From: an uncultured Victivallales bacterium
GTDB taxonomy: Bacteria; Verrucomicrobiota; Lentisphaeria; Victivallales; UBA1829
Direction of reading: 5' to 3'
NCBI GenBank assembly: GCA_944390795.1
Contig: CALXRI010000003.1
Location: 7,100-71,099, forward strand
Length of the DNA: 64,000 bases
The notes under the pieces are model-generated. The model was not told the origin of the DNA and did not search any database. It saw only the letters and a list, made by a program, of their open reading frames with translations. Position numbers and translations under genes: made by a program. Below are positions 1 to 10,211 of the stretch, one piece after another (the first letter of the stretch is position 1; each line of letters opens with the position of its first letter).

Positions 1-75
1 TTCCGGAGCCGTCAGACGACCCGGATGGAATTTCTGAAACTTATTGAAAAATAAAACGAAAAGGATGAGTGCGAC

Positions 76-996
76 ATGCGAATGCTGAAATCAATTGCAC
101 TGGGAGCGGTTCTTGCGGCTTCGACTGTGTGTTCCGCGAAGGACCTGAAAGTTCTGACGATCGGCAACAGTTTTGCGGAAAGCGCCTTCCGCTTTCTGCC
201 GTCGGTTGTGAAATCCGTGCCCGGATGCAAAATTGAAATGGAACGCGCGAATATCGGCGGCTGCACGCTGGAACGCCACTGGAAGGAACATCTCAAGGCG
301 GAACAGGATCCGCAGTACAAACCTTACGGCTGGGGCAAAAAGAAACGCTCCCTGCGGGAAATTCTCAGCTCGGAAAAATGGGATGTCGTCACGATCCAGC
401 AGGGAAGCCACGAAAGCTGGCGTCCGGAAACCTATGAACCCTATGCGGAAAATCTGATCAGGCTGGTCCGCGAACTTGCGCCGCAGGCCGAAATCGTCAT
501 TCAGGAGACCTGGGCCTACCGTCCCGACGACGGACGCCTGAAATCATGGAAGATCGGGCAGACCGAGATGTACGACCGTCTGACGAAGTGCTACCGCGAT
601 CTGGCGGAGAAATATCAGCTCCGCGTCATTCCGACCGGAACTGCCGTCCAGCTGACCCGCGCGAAAACGCCCGGCGATGAAAAATTCAAACCCTGCGATC
701 CCGCGCAGATGAAAACCTTCAAATGGCCGGATCTCCCGCGGCAGGCCGGCGACGTCGTCGGTCAGGCTTACTGGGGCAAGAACAGAAAAACCGGAGAAAT
801 GCAGATCTGGATCGATCCTTCGCATCTGAACCGGCGCGGAGACTATCTGCAGGCCTGCCTCTGGTTTGCCGCGCTTTACGGCAGAAAGACCTCGGAGATC
901 AAATTCATTCCAGCGATGATCGGAAAGAGCGACGCGGCGTTTCTGCAGGCCTGTGCGCAGGAAGCTCTGGACACCTTCCCGCAGGTCAAGAAATAA
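76..996 (+). CDS. Secreted DUF4886-like (SGNH/GDSL-fold) hydrolase
   Basis: 306-aa ORF with an N-terminal signal peptide ([21 protein letters not shown]). Motifs [29 protein letters not shown] and QETWAY match my memory of the DUF4886 family. Confidence 0.6.
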   Translation: MRMLKSIALGAVLAASTVCSAKDLKVLTIGNSFAESAFRFLPSVVKSVPGCKIEMERANIGGCTLERHWKEHLKAEQDPQYKPYGWGKKKRSLREILSSEKWDVVTIQQGSHESWRPETYEPYAENLIRLVRELAPQAEIVIQETWAYRPDDGRLKSWKIGQTEMYDRLTKCYRDLAEKYQLRVIPTGTAVQLTRAKTPGDEKFKPCDPAQMKTFKWPDLPRQAGDVVGQAYWGKNRKTGEMQIWIDPSHLNRRGDYLQACLWFAALYGRKTSEIKFIPAMIGKSDAAFLQACAQEALDTFPQVKK

Positions 997-1001
997 ATTT
1001 C

Positions 1002-1460
1002 ATGAAGGCTCTGGTGCAAAGAGTTTCGGAGGGTTCCGTCTCCATTGACGGCGAAGTTGTCGGAAGCATCGGACGGGGGCTGGTGATCCTGTTCGGGGCG
1101 GGACGCGGCGATACGGAGAAAGACGTTGTCTATCTCGCGGAAAAGTGCGCGAATCTGCGCATTTTCTGCGATGAGAACGGCAAGATGAACCGTTCGCTTC
1201 TGGATGTCGGCGGAGAGGCATTGATCATTTCGCAGTTCACGCTCTACGGGGACTGCCGCAAGGGACGGCGTCCCGGTTTCAGTGATGCGGCCGATCCGGC
1301 GGACGCCGAAAAATTCTACAGACAATTTGTGGAGCTCATGCGGAATCAGAAGATTGCCAGGGTGGAGACCGGGCGTTTCGGTGCGGATATGAAGGTGAAA
1401 ATCTTCAACGACGGTCCGGTGACGTTTCTGCTGGAGAGCAGGGGGGGCGTCGGCGTATGA
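1002..1460 (+). CDS. dtd: D-aminoacyl-tRNA deacylase
   Basis: In-frame ATG at 1002 inside ORF 723..1460. The 152-aa product MKALVQRV...ISQFTLYGD...GRRPGF...FNDGPVT is typical of Dtd. The stop overlaps the dxr start by 4 nt. Confidence 0.9.
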   Translation: MKALVQRVSEGSVSIDGEVVGSIGRGLVILFGAGRGDTEKDVVYLAEKCANLRIFCDENGKMNRSLLDVGGEALIISQFTLYGDCRKGRRPGFSDAADPADAEKFYRQFVELMRNQKIARVETGRFGADMKVKIFNDGPVTFLLESRGGVGV

Positions 1461-2626
1461 AACGCGTCGTGATTCTCGGTTCAACGGGTTCGGTCGGGAA
1501 AAACGCCTGCCGCGTCGCCGAAGCGCTGCATGACCGCGTTCAGGTGGTCGGGATTGCGGCGAAATCCAATGTCGGCGCTCTTGCGGAACAGGCGGGGAGG
1601 CTCGGCTGTTCCCATGCGTGCATCGGCGATGCTTCTCTGCGTGATGCGCTCGCGGCGGCTCTGCCGGAGAGGTGCCGGGCTCTTGCCGGGCCGGAAGGGC
1701 TTCTGGAGCTGGCGCGTCTGGAACAGGCGGACATGATTCTCTGCGCGATCGTCGGAACCGGGGGGCTGCTTCCCGTGATTGCGGCTCTTGAGGCGCGCAA
1801 GGAGATTGCGCTTGCCAGCAAGGAGGTTCTGGTGATGGCCGGATCCATTGTCATGCCGATGGTGAAACGGTATAATTCCCGGATGATTCCGGTTGACAGC
1901 GAACACAGCGCCATTTTTCAGTGTCTAGGGAGTCGTGCCCCGCACAATGTCGCGCGTCTGATCCTCACTGCGAGCGGCGGACCGTTCCGGAACGCGTCGC
2001 GCGCGGAGATGGAACACGCGACCTGGGAGCGCGCGCTGGCGCATCCGACGTGGTCGATGGGAGAAAAGGTTTCGCTGGATTCGGCGACACTGATGAACAA
2101 GGCGCTTGAGATGGTGGAGGCCTCGTTCCTCTTTGACGTGCCGGAAAGCCGGATTGATGTCGTCGTGCATCCGCAGTCGATCGTGCATTCGATGGTCGAG
2201 TTCACGGACGGCGTGCTGATCGCGCAGATGAGCATGCCGGACATGCGGTTTCCGATCCAGTATGCGTTCACGTTTCCGGAGCGGCGTCCGGGCGGCCTGG
2301 AGAGGCTGGATCTGACGCGGATCGGGAAACTGGAGTTTGAAGCGCCCGACACATCGCGTTTCCCGTCGCTGGATTTTGCGCGGGCGGCGCTGCGGGCAGG
2401 GGGCACGATGCCGTGCGTCATGAACGCCGCCAATGAAGTGGCGTTTGCGCGCTTCAGGAAAGGGGAAATTCCTTTCACGGGAATCTGGAGCGTGATCGAA
2501 AAGACGATGGAGGCGCACAGAAGTGTTGCAGGAGCCGGTCTTGCGGACATTCTGGCGGCGGACCGCTGGGCGCGGGAAAAAGCCGCCTCCGCAACCGTGC
2601 GGCGGCAGGAATGCAGTCTGGGATGA
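1457..2626 (+). CDS. dxr: 1-deoxy-D-xylulose-5-phosphate reductoisomerase
   Basis: 389 aa. N-terminal [14 protein letters not shown]-binding motif, plus [24 protein letters not shown] and NKALE signature blocks. Confidence 0.95.
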   Translation: MKRVVILGSTGSVGKNACRVAEALHDRVQVVGIAAKSNVGALAEQAGRLGCSHACIGDASLRDALAAALPERCRALAGPEGLLELARLEQADMILCAIVGTGGLLPVIAALEARKEIALASKEVLVMAGSIVMPMVKRYNSRMIPVDSEHSAIFQCLGSRAPHNVARLILTASGGPFRNASRAEMEHATWERALAHPTWSMGEKVSLDSATLMNKALEMVEASFLFDVPESRIDVVVHPQSIVHSMVEFTDGVLIAQMSMPDMRFPIQYAFTFPERRPGGLERLDLTRIGKLEFEAPDTSRFPSLDFARAALRAGGTMPCVMNAANEVAFARFRKGEIPFTGIWSVIEKTMEAHRSVAGAGLADILAADRWAREKAASATVRRQECSLG

Positions 2627-2648
2627 CAGGAACGAAAGGAGATCTCCG

Positions 2649-4334
2649 ATGCTGAGTGATATTTTATTGAAGACAGGCGCGATCGCCTTCATGGTGTTCT
2701 TTTTCGGCTTTTGCATTTTCATTCATGAACTGGGACATTTTCTTGCGGCGAAATGGCGCGGTCTGCACGTCATTGCCTTTTCGATCGGCTTCCGCAAAAT
2801 CTGGAGCCGGAAGATCGGCGGCGTGGAATACCGGATCGGCTGGATTCCGTTCGGCGGCTATGTGGAAATTCCGCAGGTGGATGCCAGCGGCGAGGCCCTG
2901 GACGAGAACGGCAAGCCCCTCCCGAAGGCGAAACCGCTTGACCGCATGATCGCTGTGGTCGCCGGACCCCTGTTCAATATTCTGTTCGGCTTTGCGCTCG
3001 GGATTGTGATCTGGATCTGCGGCGTGCCGCAGGACACGCCGACATTGAAGGAGATCGAGGTGGAGAGCATCGAGGAGAAAAGTCCCGAATACAATGCGGG
3101 GCTCCGCCGGGGGGACGTGATCTGCAAGCTCAACGGGGAAACGTTCGACACGACGTGGAACGGTTTCGTCAGCAAAATCCTGTTCACGATCGGCGAAGTG
3201 AAGCTTACGGTGCGGCGTGACGGGCGGGAATTCGAAGTCAGTTATTTTCCTGCGGTCAACCGCAAGATCAGTCCGGCGGAGGGAATCGCCTATCCGTTCT
3301 TCTTCCCGAAAATTCCGGTTTACCTTTACCCTGAGAAAGGCTCGCAGCTGGCGAAGCTCGGCGTGAAGGACGGCGACCGCCTGATCATGGTGAACGGGAA
3401 GAAAATCAATGAAGTCGGGGATCTCTCCGGCATTCTGCTGTTTGAAACGGACGGCAGGCCGGTGACCTTCACCGTGCAGCGCGGCGGACAGGATCTGACC
3501 ATTCCCGGAATCGCGCTCACGCCGGTCAGGGATGCCGACGGTTCCGAAGGGGGCTATTATCTCCGCATGAGCGAAAATCCGCTTCTGCGCGTTCCGGAGA
3601 ACTCCCCGCTGGAGAAGGCCGGATTGAAAAAGGGCGACCGCCTTGTCTCCCTGGACGGCGTGAAGATTGCAGATATCGCCGACGTGCGCGCTCTGCTTGA
3701 CAAGACCGCCGGAAAGACGCTCAAGGCGGTCTGCGAGCGGGACGGAAAAACCTTCGAAACCGAAATCACGCCGCAGTATGTGCGCTACTATGATCTCACG
3801 GGCGTCCGCTTCGCAATGCTGACGCATCCGACGCCGTGGGCGCAGTTCGAGAACGTTCTCGTCATGACCTGGAAGTCTCTTCGCGGCATCTGCGTGAGCA
3901 TCGGCAAGAAACTGAATCTGACGGAACAGTACACCACGATCGAGCCCAGGCACATGAGCGGTCCGATCGGCATCGGGCGTTATCTTTACACGTCGGTTTA
4001 CTACGGGTCGGTGATTCAGGGGCTGACGCTGGTGGTTCTGATCACCTTCAATCTCGGACTGCTGAACCTGCTTCCCATTCCGGTGCTGGACGGCGGTCAC
4101 ATTCTTCTGGCGCTTCTGGAAATCATCTTCCGGCGGCCGATGCCGCAGAAGATTCTGGAGCCGGTCACCATCGGATTTGTCGTGCTGCTGATCAGCTTCA
4201 TGCTGTTTGTCTCCTTCTACGACGTGAAGAAACTGGCGACGCCGCTCATCAAGTCCATAGAGAAGGACAAGACGCCCGCCGCGGAGAAAGTGGAGGCCGC
4301 GAATGACAAGGCGGACCCCGTCCCGGCAAATTAA
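2649..4334 (+). CDS. rseP: RIP site-2 zinc metalloprotease RseP
   Basis: ATG at 2649 inside ORF 2523..4334. HELGHF zinc motif in the first TM helix, PDZ-like central repeats, and the C-terminal LNLLPIPVLDGGH motif. Canonical position after dxr. Confidence 0.9.
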   Translation: MLSDILLKTGAIAFMVFFFGFCIFIHELGHFLAAKWRGLHVIAFSIGFRKIWSRKIGGVEYRIGWIPFGGYVEIPQVDASGEALDENGKPLPKAKPLDRMIAVVAGPLFNILFGFALGIVIWICGVPQDTPTLKEIEVESIEEKSPEYNAGLRRGDVICKLNGETFDTTWNGFVSKILFTIGEVKLTVRRDGREFEVSYFPAVNRKISPAEGIAYPFFFPKIPVYLYPEKGSQLAKLGVKDGDRLIMVNGKKINEVGDLSGILLFETDGRPVTFTVQRGGQDLTIPGIALTPVRDADGSEGGYYLRMSENPLLRVPENSPLEKAGLKKGDRLVSLDGVKIADIADVRALLDKTAGKTLKAVCERDGKTFETEITPQYVRYYDLTGVRFAMLTHPTPWAQFENVLVMTWKSLRGICVSIGKKLNLTEQYTTIEPRHMSGPIGIGRYLYTSVYYGSVIQGLTLVVLITFNLGLLNLLPIPVLDGGHILLALLEIIFRRPMPQKILEPVTIGFVVLLISFMLFVSFYDVKKLATPLIKSIEKDKTPAAEKVEAANDKADPVPAN

Positions 4335-5409
4335 GGTCGGCCCCGTCGCAATCGGCGGCGGCGCGCCCGTATCCATTCAGTCGATGACAAACACGGACAC
4401 GCGCGATGCGGCCGCGACTCTTGCGCAGATCGGCGGACTCGCCCGCGCGGGCTGTCAGATTGTCCGTGTCACGGTGCCGGACCGCCGCGCGGCGGAGGCG
4501 CTGCATGAAATCCTTGCGGGAACTCCTATTCCGGTGATTGCCGACATTCATTTCGATTACCGTCTGGCGATCGCTTCGATTCAGGCCGGCGTGCACGGCG
4601 TCCGGATCAATCCCGGCAACATCGGCGGGCGCGACCGGGCGGAAAAGGTCGCACAGGCCGCGGGAGCTGCGGGGATACCGATCCGTGTCGGAGCGAATTC
4701 CGGAAGCCTGCCCAAAGGGCTTCTGGAGTCGAAGCTGCGTGCGGGCATGACGCGCGACGCGGCGATGGCGGAGTCTCTGGTCGAGGCCGCTCTTGAACAG
4801 GTGAAAATTCTGGAGGATTTCGGTTTCCGTCAGATCAAGGTATCCCTGAAGGCAAGTTCCGTGCCCGTGACGGTGGCGGCCTGCCGCATGTTCGCGGAGC
4901 GTTCGGACCTTCCGCTGCATCTCGGCGTGACCGAGGCGGGAACCGCCTTCCGCGGCGCGATCAAGTCCGCGGTCGGGATCGGAGCGCTGCTTCTGGACGG
5001 AATCGGCGACACGATCCGGGTGAGCCTGAGCGCTCCGCCCGTGGAGGAGATCCGCGCGGCGCAGGCGATTCTCGAGGCGGCCGGACTGCGGGACTCCTCT
5101 CCGGAAATTGTCTCCTGCCCGACATGCGGAAGGACTTCCTACGACTTGATTTCGCTGGTGTCCCGCGTGGAGGATTTCATTGATTCCATCCGGGCGCGCG
5201 GCAAGAAAATCCGTCTCCGCAAGGTTGCCGTCATGGGGTGCGCGGTCAACGGTCCCGGCGAGGCGTCGGACGCGGACATCGGCATCGCGGGCGGCGCGGG
5301 CGGAGGGGAGCTTGTCCTGTTCAAAGCCGGCGTCCGGTTTGCGGTATTGCCCGAAGCCGAGGCGGTCCGGCTGCTGGAGGAGGAAATCCTGAAAGCCGTG
5401 GAGCAATAG
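4303..5409 (+). CDS. ispG: 4-hydroxy-3-methylbut-2-en-1-yl diphosphate synthase (flavodoxin)
   Basis: 368 aa. VGPVAIGGGAPVSIQSMTNTDTRD N-terminus, IRINPGNIG, and the C-terminal CPTCGR...GCAVNGPGE cluster ligands. Overlaps the rseP tail by 32 nt. Confidence 0.95.
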   Translation: MTRRTPSRQIKVGPVAIGGGAPVSIQSMTNTDTRDAAATLAQIGGLARAGCQIVRVTVPDRRAAEALHEILAGTPIPVIADIHFDYRLAIASIQAGVHGVRINPGNIGGRDRAEKVAQAAGAAGIPIRVGANSGSLPKGLLESKLRAGMTRDAAMAESLVEAALEQVKILEDFGFRQIKVSLKASSVPVTVAACRMFAERSDLPLHLGVTEAGTAFRGAIKSAVGIGALLLDGIGDTIRVSLSAPPVEEIRAAQAILEAAGLRDSSPEIVSCPTCGRTSYDLISLVSRVEDFIDSIRARGKKIRLRKVAVMGCAVNGPGEASDADIGIAGGAGGGELVLFKAGVRFAVLPEAEAVRLLEEEILKAVEQ

Positions 5410-5462
5410 GCCGCCGCAGCGCATGAAATCGGGCGTCTGAAATCCCGGGAATCGTATCCGAA

Positions 5463-5500
5463 CGGAGAACATTCCGCCGGATGTTTCCGTCGTTTTTTTT
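5463..5500 (+). terminator. Rho-independent terminator candidate after ispG
   Basis: CGGAGAACAT / ATGTTTCCG stem (9 bp with one bulge), loop tccgccgg, then tcgTTTTTTTT. Confidence 0.5.
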
Positions 5501-5634
5501 ACCGTTCTTCCGGCGCGTTCTGTGCTTCGCTTTTTTCGGAGATGCCATCCCGGAATTTGCATTTCGCGGAAACGGGATTATCTTATCGGAGAAGGCGACT
5601 TTTTTTTGAATTACAGCACAGAAAAAGGAAGAAA

Positions 5635-6870
5635 ATGAAACAGTTTGCAAAAATGGCAATTCTTTTTGCCGCCGCGGTGTTTCTCTCCGGCTGCCAGTCG
5701 GTCAAAAACAGCTCTGAAAACTCGGGAACCACCTTTGCGAAAGACGCTCTGATGCCTTTCGTGCAAAGCGGTCAGCTTCCGGGCGCGATCAATATCTTCT
5801 ACAAGAACGGCATCCAGGAAACCGCCTGCGTCGGATACGCCGATGTGGCTGCCCGGCGGCCCATCACAATGGACGACGTCTACATGCAGTGCTCCCAGAC
5901 CAAGGGCTTTTGCGGCGTGACAGTCGCCATGCTTGTCGAGGAAGGGAGAATTTCTCTGGATGATCCGGTTTCCAAGTATCTTCCGGAGTTCAAAACCCTC
6001 TGGGTTCTGACATCCGAGAAAGACGGCGTCCGGACGCTCGTAAAGGCGAAGAACACGCTTACGATCCGCATGGTCATGAATCACACCGGCGGTTTTCCCT
6101 TTGAGATCTGCGCGAAGCAGGGGAACATCAAGGGCGGCGGCTGGAGCGGAGGTGCGCCGATCCGGCAGACCGCAGCCATTGCCGCCGCATGTCCGCTTCT
6201 GTTTGAGCCCGGCACCAAGGTGCAGTATTCCAATACCGGCATTGATATTGGAGCCGCCGTCGTCGAGGTCGTGACGGGACAGCCCTGGGATGTTTTTCTC
6301 CGGGAGCGGGTTCTGATTCCTCTCGGAATGCATTCCACTTCGTTCCGTCCGACCGACAAACAGCTGGAAACGCAGGTTGAAATGTATGACTGCGTGAAGG
6401 ACGGTCCGGCGAAATACCGGAGACAGAACAATATGCAGCAGCGTCCCTACAACGGCTCCCATGTGTTTCCGTCGGCGGGCGCGGGACTCTGGACGACGGC
6501 GAACGATCAGCTGAAATTCTATAAGATGCTGATGAATCTGGGAGTGGGGGATAACGGGGCGAGAATCCTCAAGGAGGAGACTGTCCGGGAACTGCTGGCA
6601 AAGTCCACCCGCCCCAAAGGCATGGGCGGCTATTCCCTGGGACTCAGCGCGCCGGAGGTGGACCGGGAGGATTCCTGGTTCGGACATGGCGGCGCATGGG
6701 GGACCAACTGCATGGTCAACTGGCATCGCAGGGAATTGAAATTGTGGGTCGTGCAGCTTTGCGGTCAGCCGCGTCCCTGGGACAAGGCGCGTGTGGCGGC
6801 GGAGAAAAAATTCTTCCGGTATGTCATCGACAATGCCGGCGCGGACGCTTATACCGGACGAGTCAAGTAA
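5635..6870 (+). CDS. Serine hydrolase, beta-lactamase/PBP (class C-like) family lipoprotein
   Basis: ATG at 5635 inside ORF 5542..6870. Lipoprotein signal (MKQFAKMAILFAAAVFLSGC). S-x-x-K motif (CSQTKGF). Family-typical YSNTG and HGGAWG blocks. Confidence 0.8.
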   Translation: MKQFAKMAILFAAAVFLSGCQSVKNSSENSGTTFAKDALMPFVQSGQLPGAINIFYKNGIQETACVGYADVAARRPITMDDVYMQCSQTKGFCGVTVAMLVEEGRISLDDPVSKYLPEFKTLWVLTSEKDGVRTLVKAKNTLTIRMVMNHTGGFPFEICAKQGNIKGGGWSGGAPIRQTAAIAAACPLLFEPGTKVQYSNTGIDIGAAVVEVVTGQPWDVFLRERVLIPLGMHSTSFRPTDKQLETQVEMYDCVKDGPAKYRRQNNMQQRPYNGSHVFPSAGAGLWTTANDQLKFYKMLMNLGVGDNGARILKEETVRELLAKSTRPKGMGGYSLGLSAPEVDREDSWFGHGGAWGTNCMVNWHRRELKLWVVQLCGQPRPWDKARVAAEKKFFRYVIDNAGADAYTGRVK

Positions 6871-7007
6871 ATCCAGTTCCGGCATCTCCGCGAGGGGAAC
6901 GGAAAGCATTGCCGCAAGCCGTTCGGAGCGGATTCTATTCCGCCCCTCCTGTTTGCGCCGGAACGGACCGTAACGCGGGATTTCCCGCATCATGCAGGAT
7001 CTGCGCA

Positions 7008-7907
7008 ATGAGCAATGACATCGAGGTTTTGAATTTCGGATCGCTGAATATCGATCACGTGTATCATGTGTCGCATTTTGTCCGGCCGCAGGAGACGCTT
7101 GCCGTCGGCGGATACCGGAAATTCGCCGGAGGAAAGGGATTGAACCAGTCGGTGGCGCTTGCCCGCGCCGGTCTCCGCGTCGCGCATGCGGGAAAATGCG
7201 GAACGGACGGAGCCTTTCTGGCGGATACTCTCCGGGAGGCCGGAGTCGATGTCCGTTTTCTGCTGCGTTCCGGAGGACCTACGGGGCATGCCTGCATCCA
7301 GGTGGATTCCTCCGGCCAGAATGCCATTCTGGTCGCTCCCGGCGCCAATCAGGAGATCACCGGCCGCGAGGTCGATGAGACGCTTGCGGGAATTCCCGCC
7401 GGAACGCTTCTTCTGCTGCAGAACGAGATCAACGATATTCCCCTGCTGATGCGGAACGCCGCCCGGAAGGGACTCCGCATTGCCCTCAATCCCGCCCCCT
7501 GCGGCCCCGAGGTGGCGGACTATCCGCTGGAATTGTGCGATTTCCTGTTTGTCAATGAGGTGGAGGCCGCGCAGCTGACCGGGCTGGCCGTCTCGGATCC
7601 CGGTCTGCTGCTGGATGGGCTGGTCCGCCGCTGTCCCCGGTCCGAAGTGATTCTGACGCTCGGTGCGGACGGCGCGTGGTGCGCTTCGGAGGGCAGACGC
7701 TTTTACCGGGAGGCGTTTCCTGTCCGGGTTGTCGATACGACCTGCGCCGGCGATACGTTCATCGGTTATTTCCTTGCCGCAAGACTGCATGGCGCCTCCG
7801 TGGAAACGGCGATGCGGACAGCCTCCAGAGCCGGCGCCATGACGGTTTCCCGGGCAGGCGCGGCCGTCTCCATTCCCGCACTGGCGGAGGTCATGGCCGA
7901 ACCATAA
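7008..7907 (+). CDS. rbsK: Ribokinase (PfkB family)
   Basis: ATG at 7008 inside ORF 6696..7907. GSLNIDH, GGKGLNQSVA and the C-terminal DTTCAGDTFIGYF motif match ribokinase signatures. Confidence 0.8.
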   Translation: MSNDIEVLNFGSLNIDHVYHVSHFVRPQETLAVGGYRKFAGGKGLNQSVALARAGLRVAHAGKCGTDGAFLADTLREAGVDVRFLLRSGGPTGHACIQVDSSGQNAILVAPGANQEITGREVDETLAGIPAGTLLLLQNEINDIPLLMRNAARKGLRIALNPAPCGPEVADYPLELCDFLFVNEVEAAQLTGLAVSDPGLLLDGLVRRCPRSEVILTLGADGAWCASEGRRFYREAFPVRVVDTTCAGDTFIGYFLAARLHGASVETAMRTASRAGAMTVSRAGAAVSIPALAEVMAEP

Positions 7908-8044
7908 GGCTTTTTCCGTCCGTGTCATTCCTTCCGCCGCCGGAAAAAACGCGGATGGCGCGTCCTCGTTCTGGAATGCATGATGCGGCGTATCCGACAG
8001 GAAAATGCGGTGATGAGCGGAGACAGTATTTTCCTTTCCGGAAG

Positions 8045-9028
8045 TTATTTTCCGTTCAGCAGAATCAGATACAGGATCAGGACTGCCGCGGAGAGCCCCG
8101 TGAACCAGTTCACCTCCCTGATTTTTCCGGTGCAGATCTTGAGGAACGGATACAGAATGATGCCGATGGAGATTCCGCCGATGATGCTGTTGCTGAAGGG
8201 AATTCCCGCGAAAATCAGAAAGGCGGGAACTCCTTCCGTGCAATCGTCCCAGTTGATTCCGGAGACGGACTGCATCATCATGACTCCCACGGCGGCCAGC
8301 GCGCCGGAGGTGACCGGCGGATATCCCGCGACGGCCGTGATGAGCGGGGAAAAGAACATGGCCAGCAGAAAACAGAGTCCGATCACCACGGCTGTGAGTC
8401 CGGTTTTTCCGCCAGCTTCGACTCCCGCGGCGCTTTCCAGATAGGAGGTCACCGTGCTCTGTCCGCAGAGCGCGCCTGCAACGGTCGCGGTGGCGTCGGC
8501 GGCGAAGACCCGTTCCATCCGTTCGATCTCATTGTTCCGATTGAGAAGTTTTGCGCTTGTCGCCACGCCGATGACGGTTCCCATTGTATCGAACATGTCC
8601 ATGAAGAAACAGATGAAGATCAGCGGGAGCAGTTCAAGAATATGGCGGAGCACCGTGGCGACATCCGCTTTGAAGACGACCGGCATGGGGTTTGCAGGAA
8701 GTCCCACGATGCCGGAAAATGAGATTTTTCCGCAGAGAAAGGCGATCAGCGCGGAAATCAGGATTCCGATCAGAATGCCTCCCCTGATCCTGAAATGGCG
8801 CAGGACGGCAATGACGAGCAGTCCGGTGAAGAAAATGAGCGACGGCGGATCCGTTACGGCGGTTTTCAGTGTCATCTGTCCCGCTTCAATGCCGATGATG
8901 CCGCCGTTCTTCAGTCCGACCATGGCGATGAAGAGCCCGATACCCGCCACAATGGCATTTTTCAGAGAGGGACTCAGCGCGTTCAGCATCAGTCCGCGCA
9001 GTTTTGTGAACGACGTGAACGTTTTTTT
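8045..9028 (-). pseudogene. 5'-truncated NCS2/AzgA-type purine (adenine/guanine/hypoxanthine) permease
   Basis: ORF 8045..8989 (314 aa) covers only the C-terminal ~3/4 of this ~430-aa, 14-TM family (SLKNAIVAGIGLFIAMVGL, TSYLESAAGVEAGGKTGLTAVV). Permease-like sequence (KKTFTSFTKLRGLM) continues in frame upstream of the first Met to ~9028. The sequence beyond that point is unrelated, and a stop follows at 9080-9082. About 110 N-terminal residues are missing. Confidence 0.6.
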
Positions 9029-9191
9029 TAAGCTCCGGATGCTTCTCGATGTAATTGTAAAGCGACATCCGAGAGCATTTCAAACGTCTTGCAGCTGGCT
9101 GGATCAAACCGTAAAAAGTGTCCAGTGCTTCGCAAACATCCGAAACGGAAAACCTGTTTTCAAGGTTGCGGAGTGATTTTTTAACTCCCAT
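8886..9191 (-). CDS. Small helix-turn-helix ORF fragment (Fis-like or terminase-small-subunit-like HTH); only the first ~56 codons look protein-like
   Basis: ATG at 9191 is preceded by AAGGAG (8-nt spacer) and a TATAAT box (9224-9229, minus sense). The N-terminus is MGVKKSLRNLENRFSVSDVCEALDTFYGLIQPAARRLKCSRMSLYNYIEKHPELKK. From ~9025 the frame runs out of register into the permease remnant and gives nonsense (HRHGRTEERRHHRH). Confidence 0.35.
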   Translation of the reverse strand: MGVKKSLRNLENRFSVSDVCEALDTFYGLIQPAARRLKCSRMSLYNYIEKHPELKKNVHVVHKTARTDAERAESLSEKCHCGGYRALHRHGRTEERRHHRH

Positions 9192-9238
9192 GCTGAAATC
9201 TCCTTGACTTTTTATTTTTTTGTATTATAATATTGCTG

Positions 9239-9304
9239 TGAGCCACTCTAAGGCCGGTTGGGCAACGGCGAAAGCCGCCCTCGGAGAGTTTACGGAATGG
9301 CTCA
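9239..9304. other. Long imperfect GC-rich hairpin with a GAAA tetraloop, inside an AT-rich island
   Basis: Nested pairings: TGAGCCA(9239-45)/TGGCTCA(9298-9304); CTCT(9246-49)/AGAG(9285-88); CCGG(9254-57)/TCGG(9281-84); GGG(9260-62)/CCC(9278-80); CGGC(9266-69)-GAAA-GCCG(9274-77). On the + strand it is followed by ATTTCTTTGT. Confidence 0.5.
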
Positions 9305-9591
9305 TTTCTTTGTATAAGAATCATAAAAATATTTTCCATCCTGAAGTTCCCTTACTTTGATAGTAAAAGTATAACGTTTTCTGTTGATCTGTGAATTCGT
9401 TTCAAAAATGTGATAACGTTTTACTCCAGGAGAAAAACGGCATCGCCGAGGTTCTCATTCCGGACGACTTCCGGGCAGGGCAGAAGACATTATTTCGGAA
9501 CTTGTAAGCGGCAAACAGCGGGAGACAGTAAAACAGGAGGCTTTCCGGCGATCTTTTCAGACACGTTGTTCAGCCGGAGGGAAAGCGCTGC

Positions 9592-10203
9592 TCAGAGCTT
9601 TCTGATCTCCCGGCGGAAAGCCTTGAGCGTATCGGTATACAGATAGGGATTGGTCCGTTTCTGCACGCCGAGCGTTTCGAACGGCACATGTCCGTAATCA
9701 TGACCGGAATAAACGATCAGGGAATCCGGGAGGGGATACAGGACTTCACGCATTGTGCGGAACATGGTGTCCGGATCACAGTATCCGCAGCAGTCGATGA
9801 ACAGCGTATCCCCGGTGAAAATCGCGGAATCGTCTCCGAGCCGGTAGCAGACGCTGTCCGCCGTGTGTCCGGGCGTGAAAAGACACTCGATGCAGGAATC
9901 GCCGAATGGCAGACGCTGGTGGTCGGCCAGCGCGATATCCGGGTGCACCCTGCATTCCGGATGGGCGGCAACCGGAGCAGGAAAGGCTTTCCGTGCCTCG
10001 TCCAGTCCGGAAATATGGTCTCTGTGTCCGTGTGTAATCAGGATATACGCCGGATTTACACGGGCATGTTTTCGGATCGCAGCGAAAAGTCTTGACAGAT
10101 CGCCGCAGGGATCCACTATGGCGGAATCTCCATTCTCCGCATGAATCAGATAGGAAAAGTTGTCGTCCAGTCCACCGACGGCGAATTGTGTCACCTCGAA
10201 CAT
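9592..10203 (-). CDS. MBL-fold metallo-hydrolase (glyoxalase II-like)
   Basis: 203 aa. HxHxDH motif (THGHRDH), a downstream TPGHT block and the GDTLF motif. Confidence 0.85.
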   Translation of the reverse strand: MFEVTQFAVGGLDDNFSYLIHAENGDSAIVDPCGDLSRLFAAIRKHARVNPAYILITHGHRDHISGLDEARKAFPAPVAAHPECRVHPDIALADHQRLPFGDSCIECLFTPGHTADSVCYRLGDDSAIFTGDTLFIDCCGYCDPDTMFRTMREVLYPLPDSLIVYSGHDYGHVPFETLGVQKRTNPYLYTDTLKAFRREIRKL

Positions 10204-10211
10204 GGAGCCTC

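Noticed and set aside
1-54. Possible 3' end of a + strand gene (…FLKLIEK*) at the window edge
   Set aside because: Only 17 codons are visible, so neither the coding status nor the function can be supported.
9192-9420. Purine (guanine/adenine) riboswitch associated with the NCS2 permease
   Set aside because: The hairpin at 9239-9304 lacks the three-way junction and the conserved loop sequences of purine riboswitches. The permease is truncated, so its native leader is gone.
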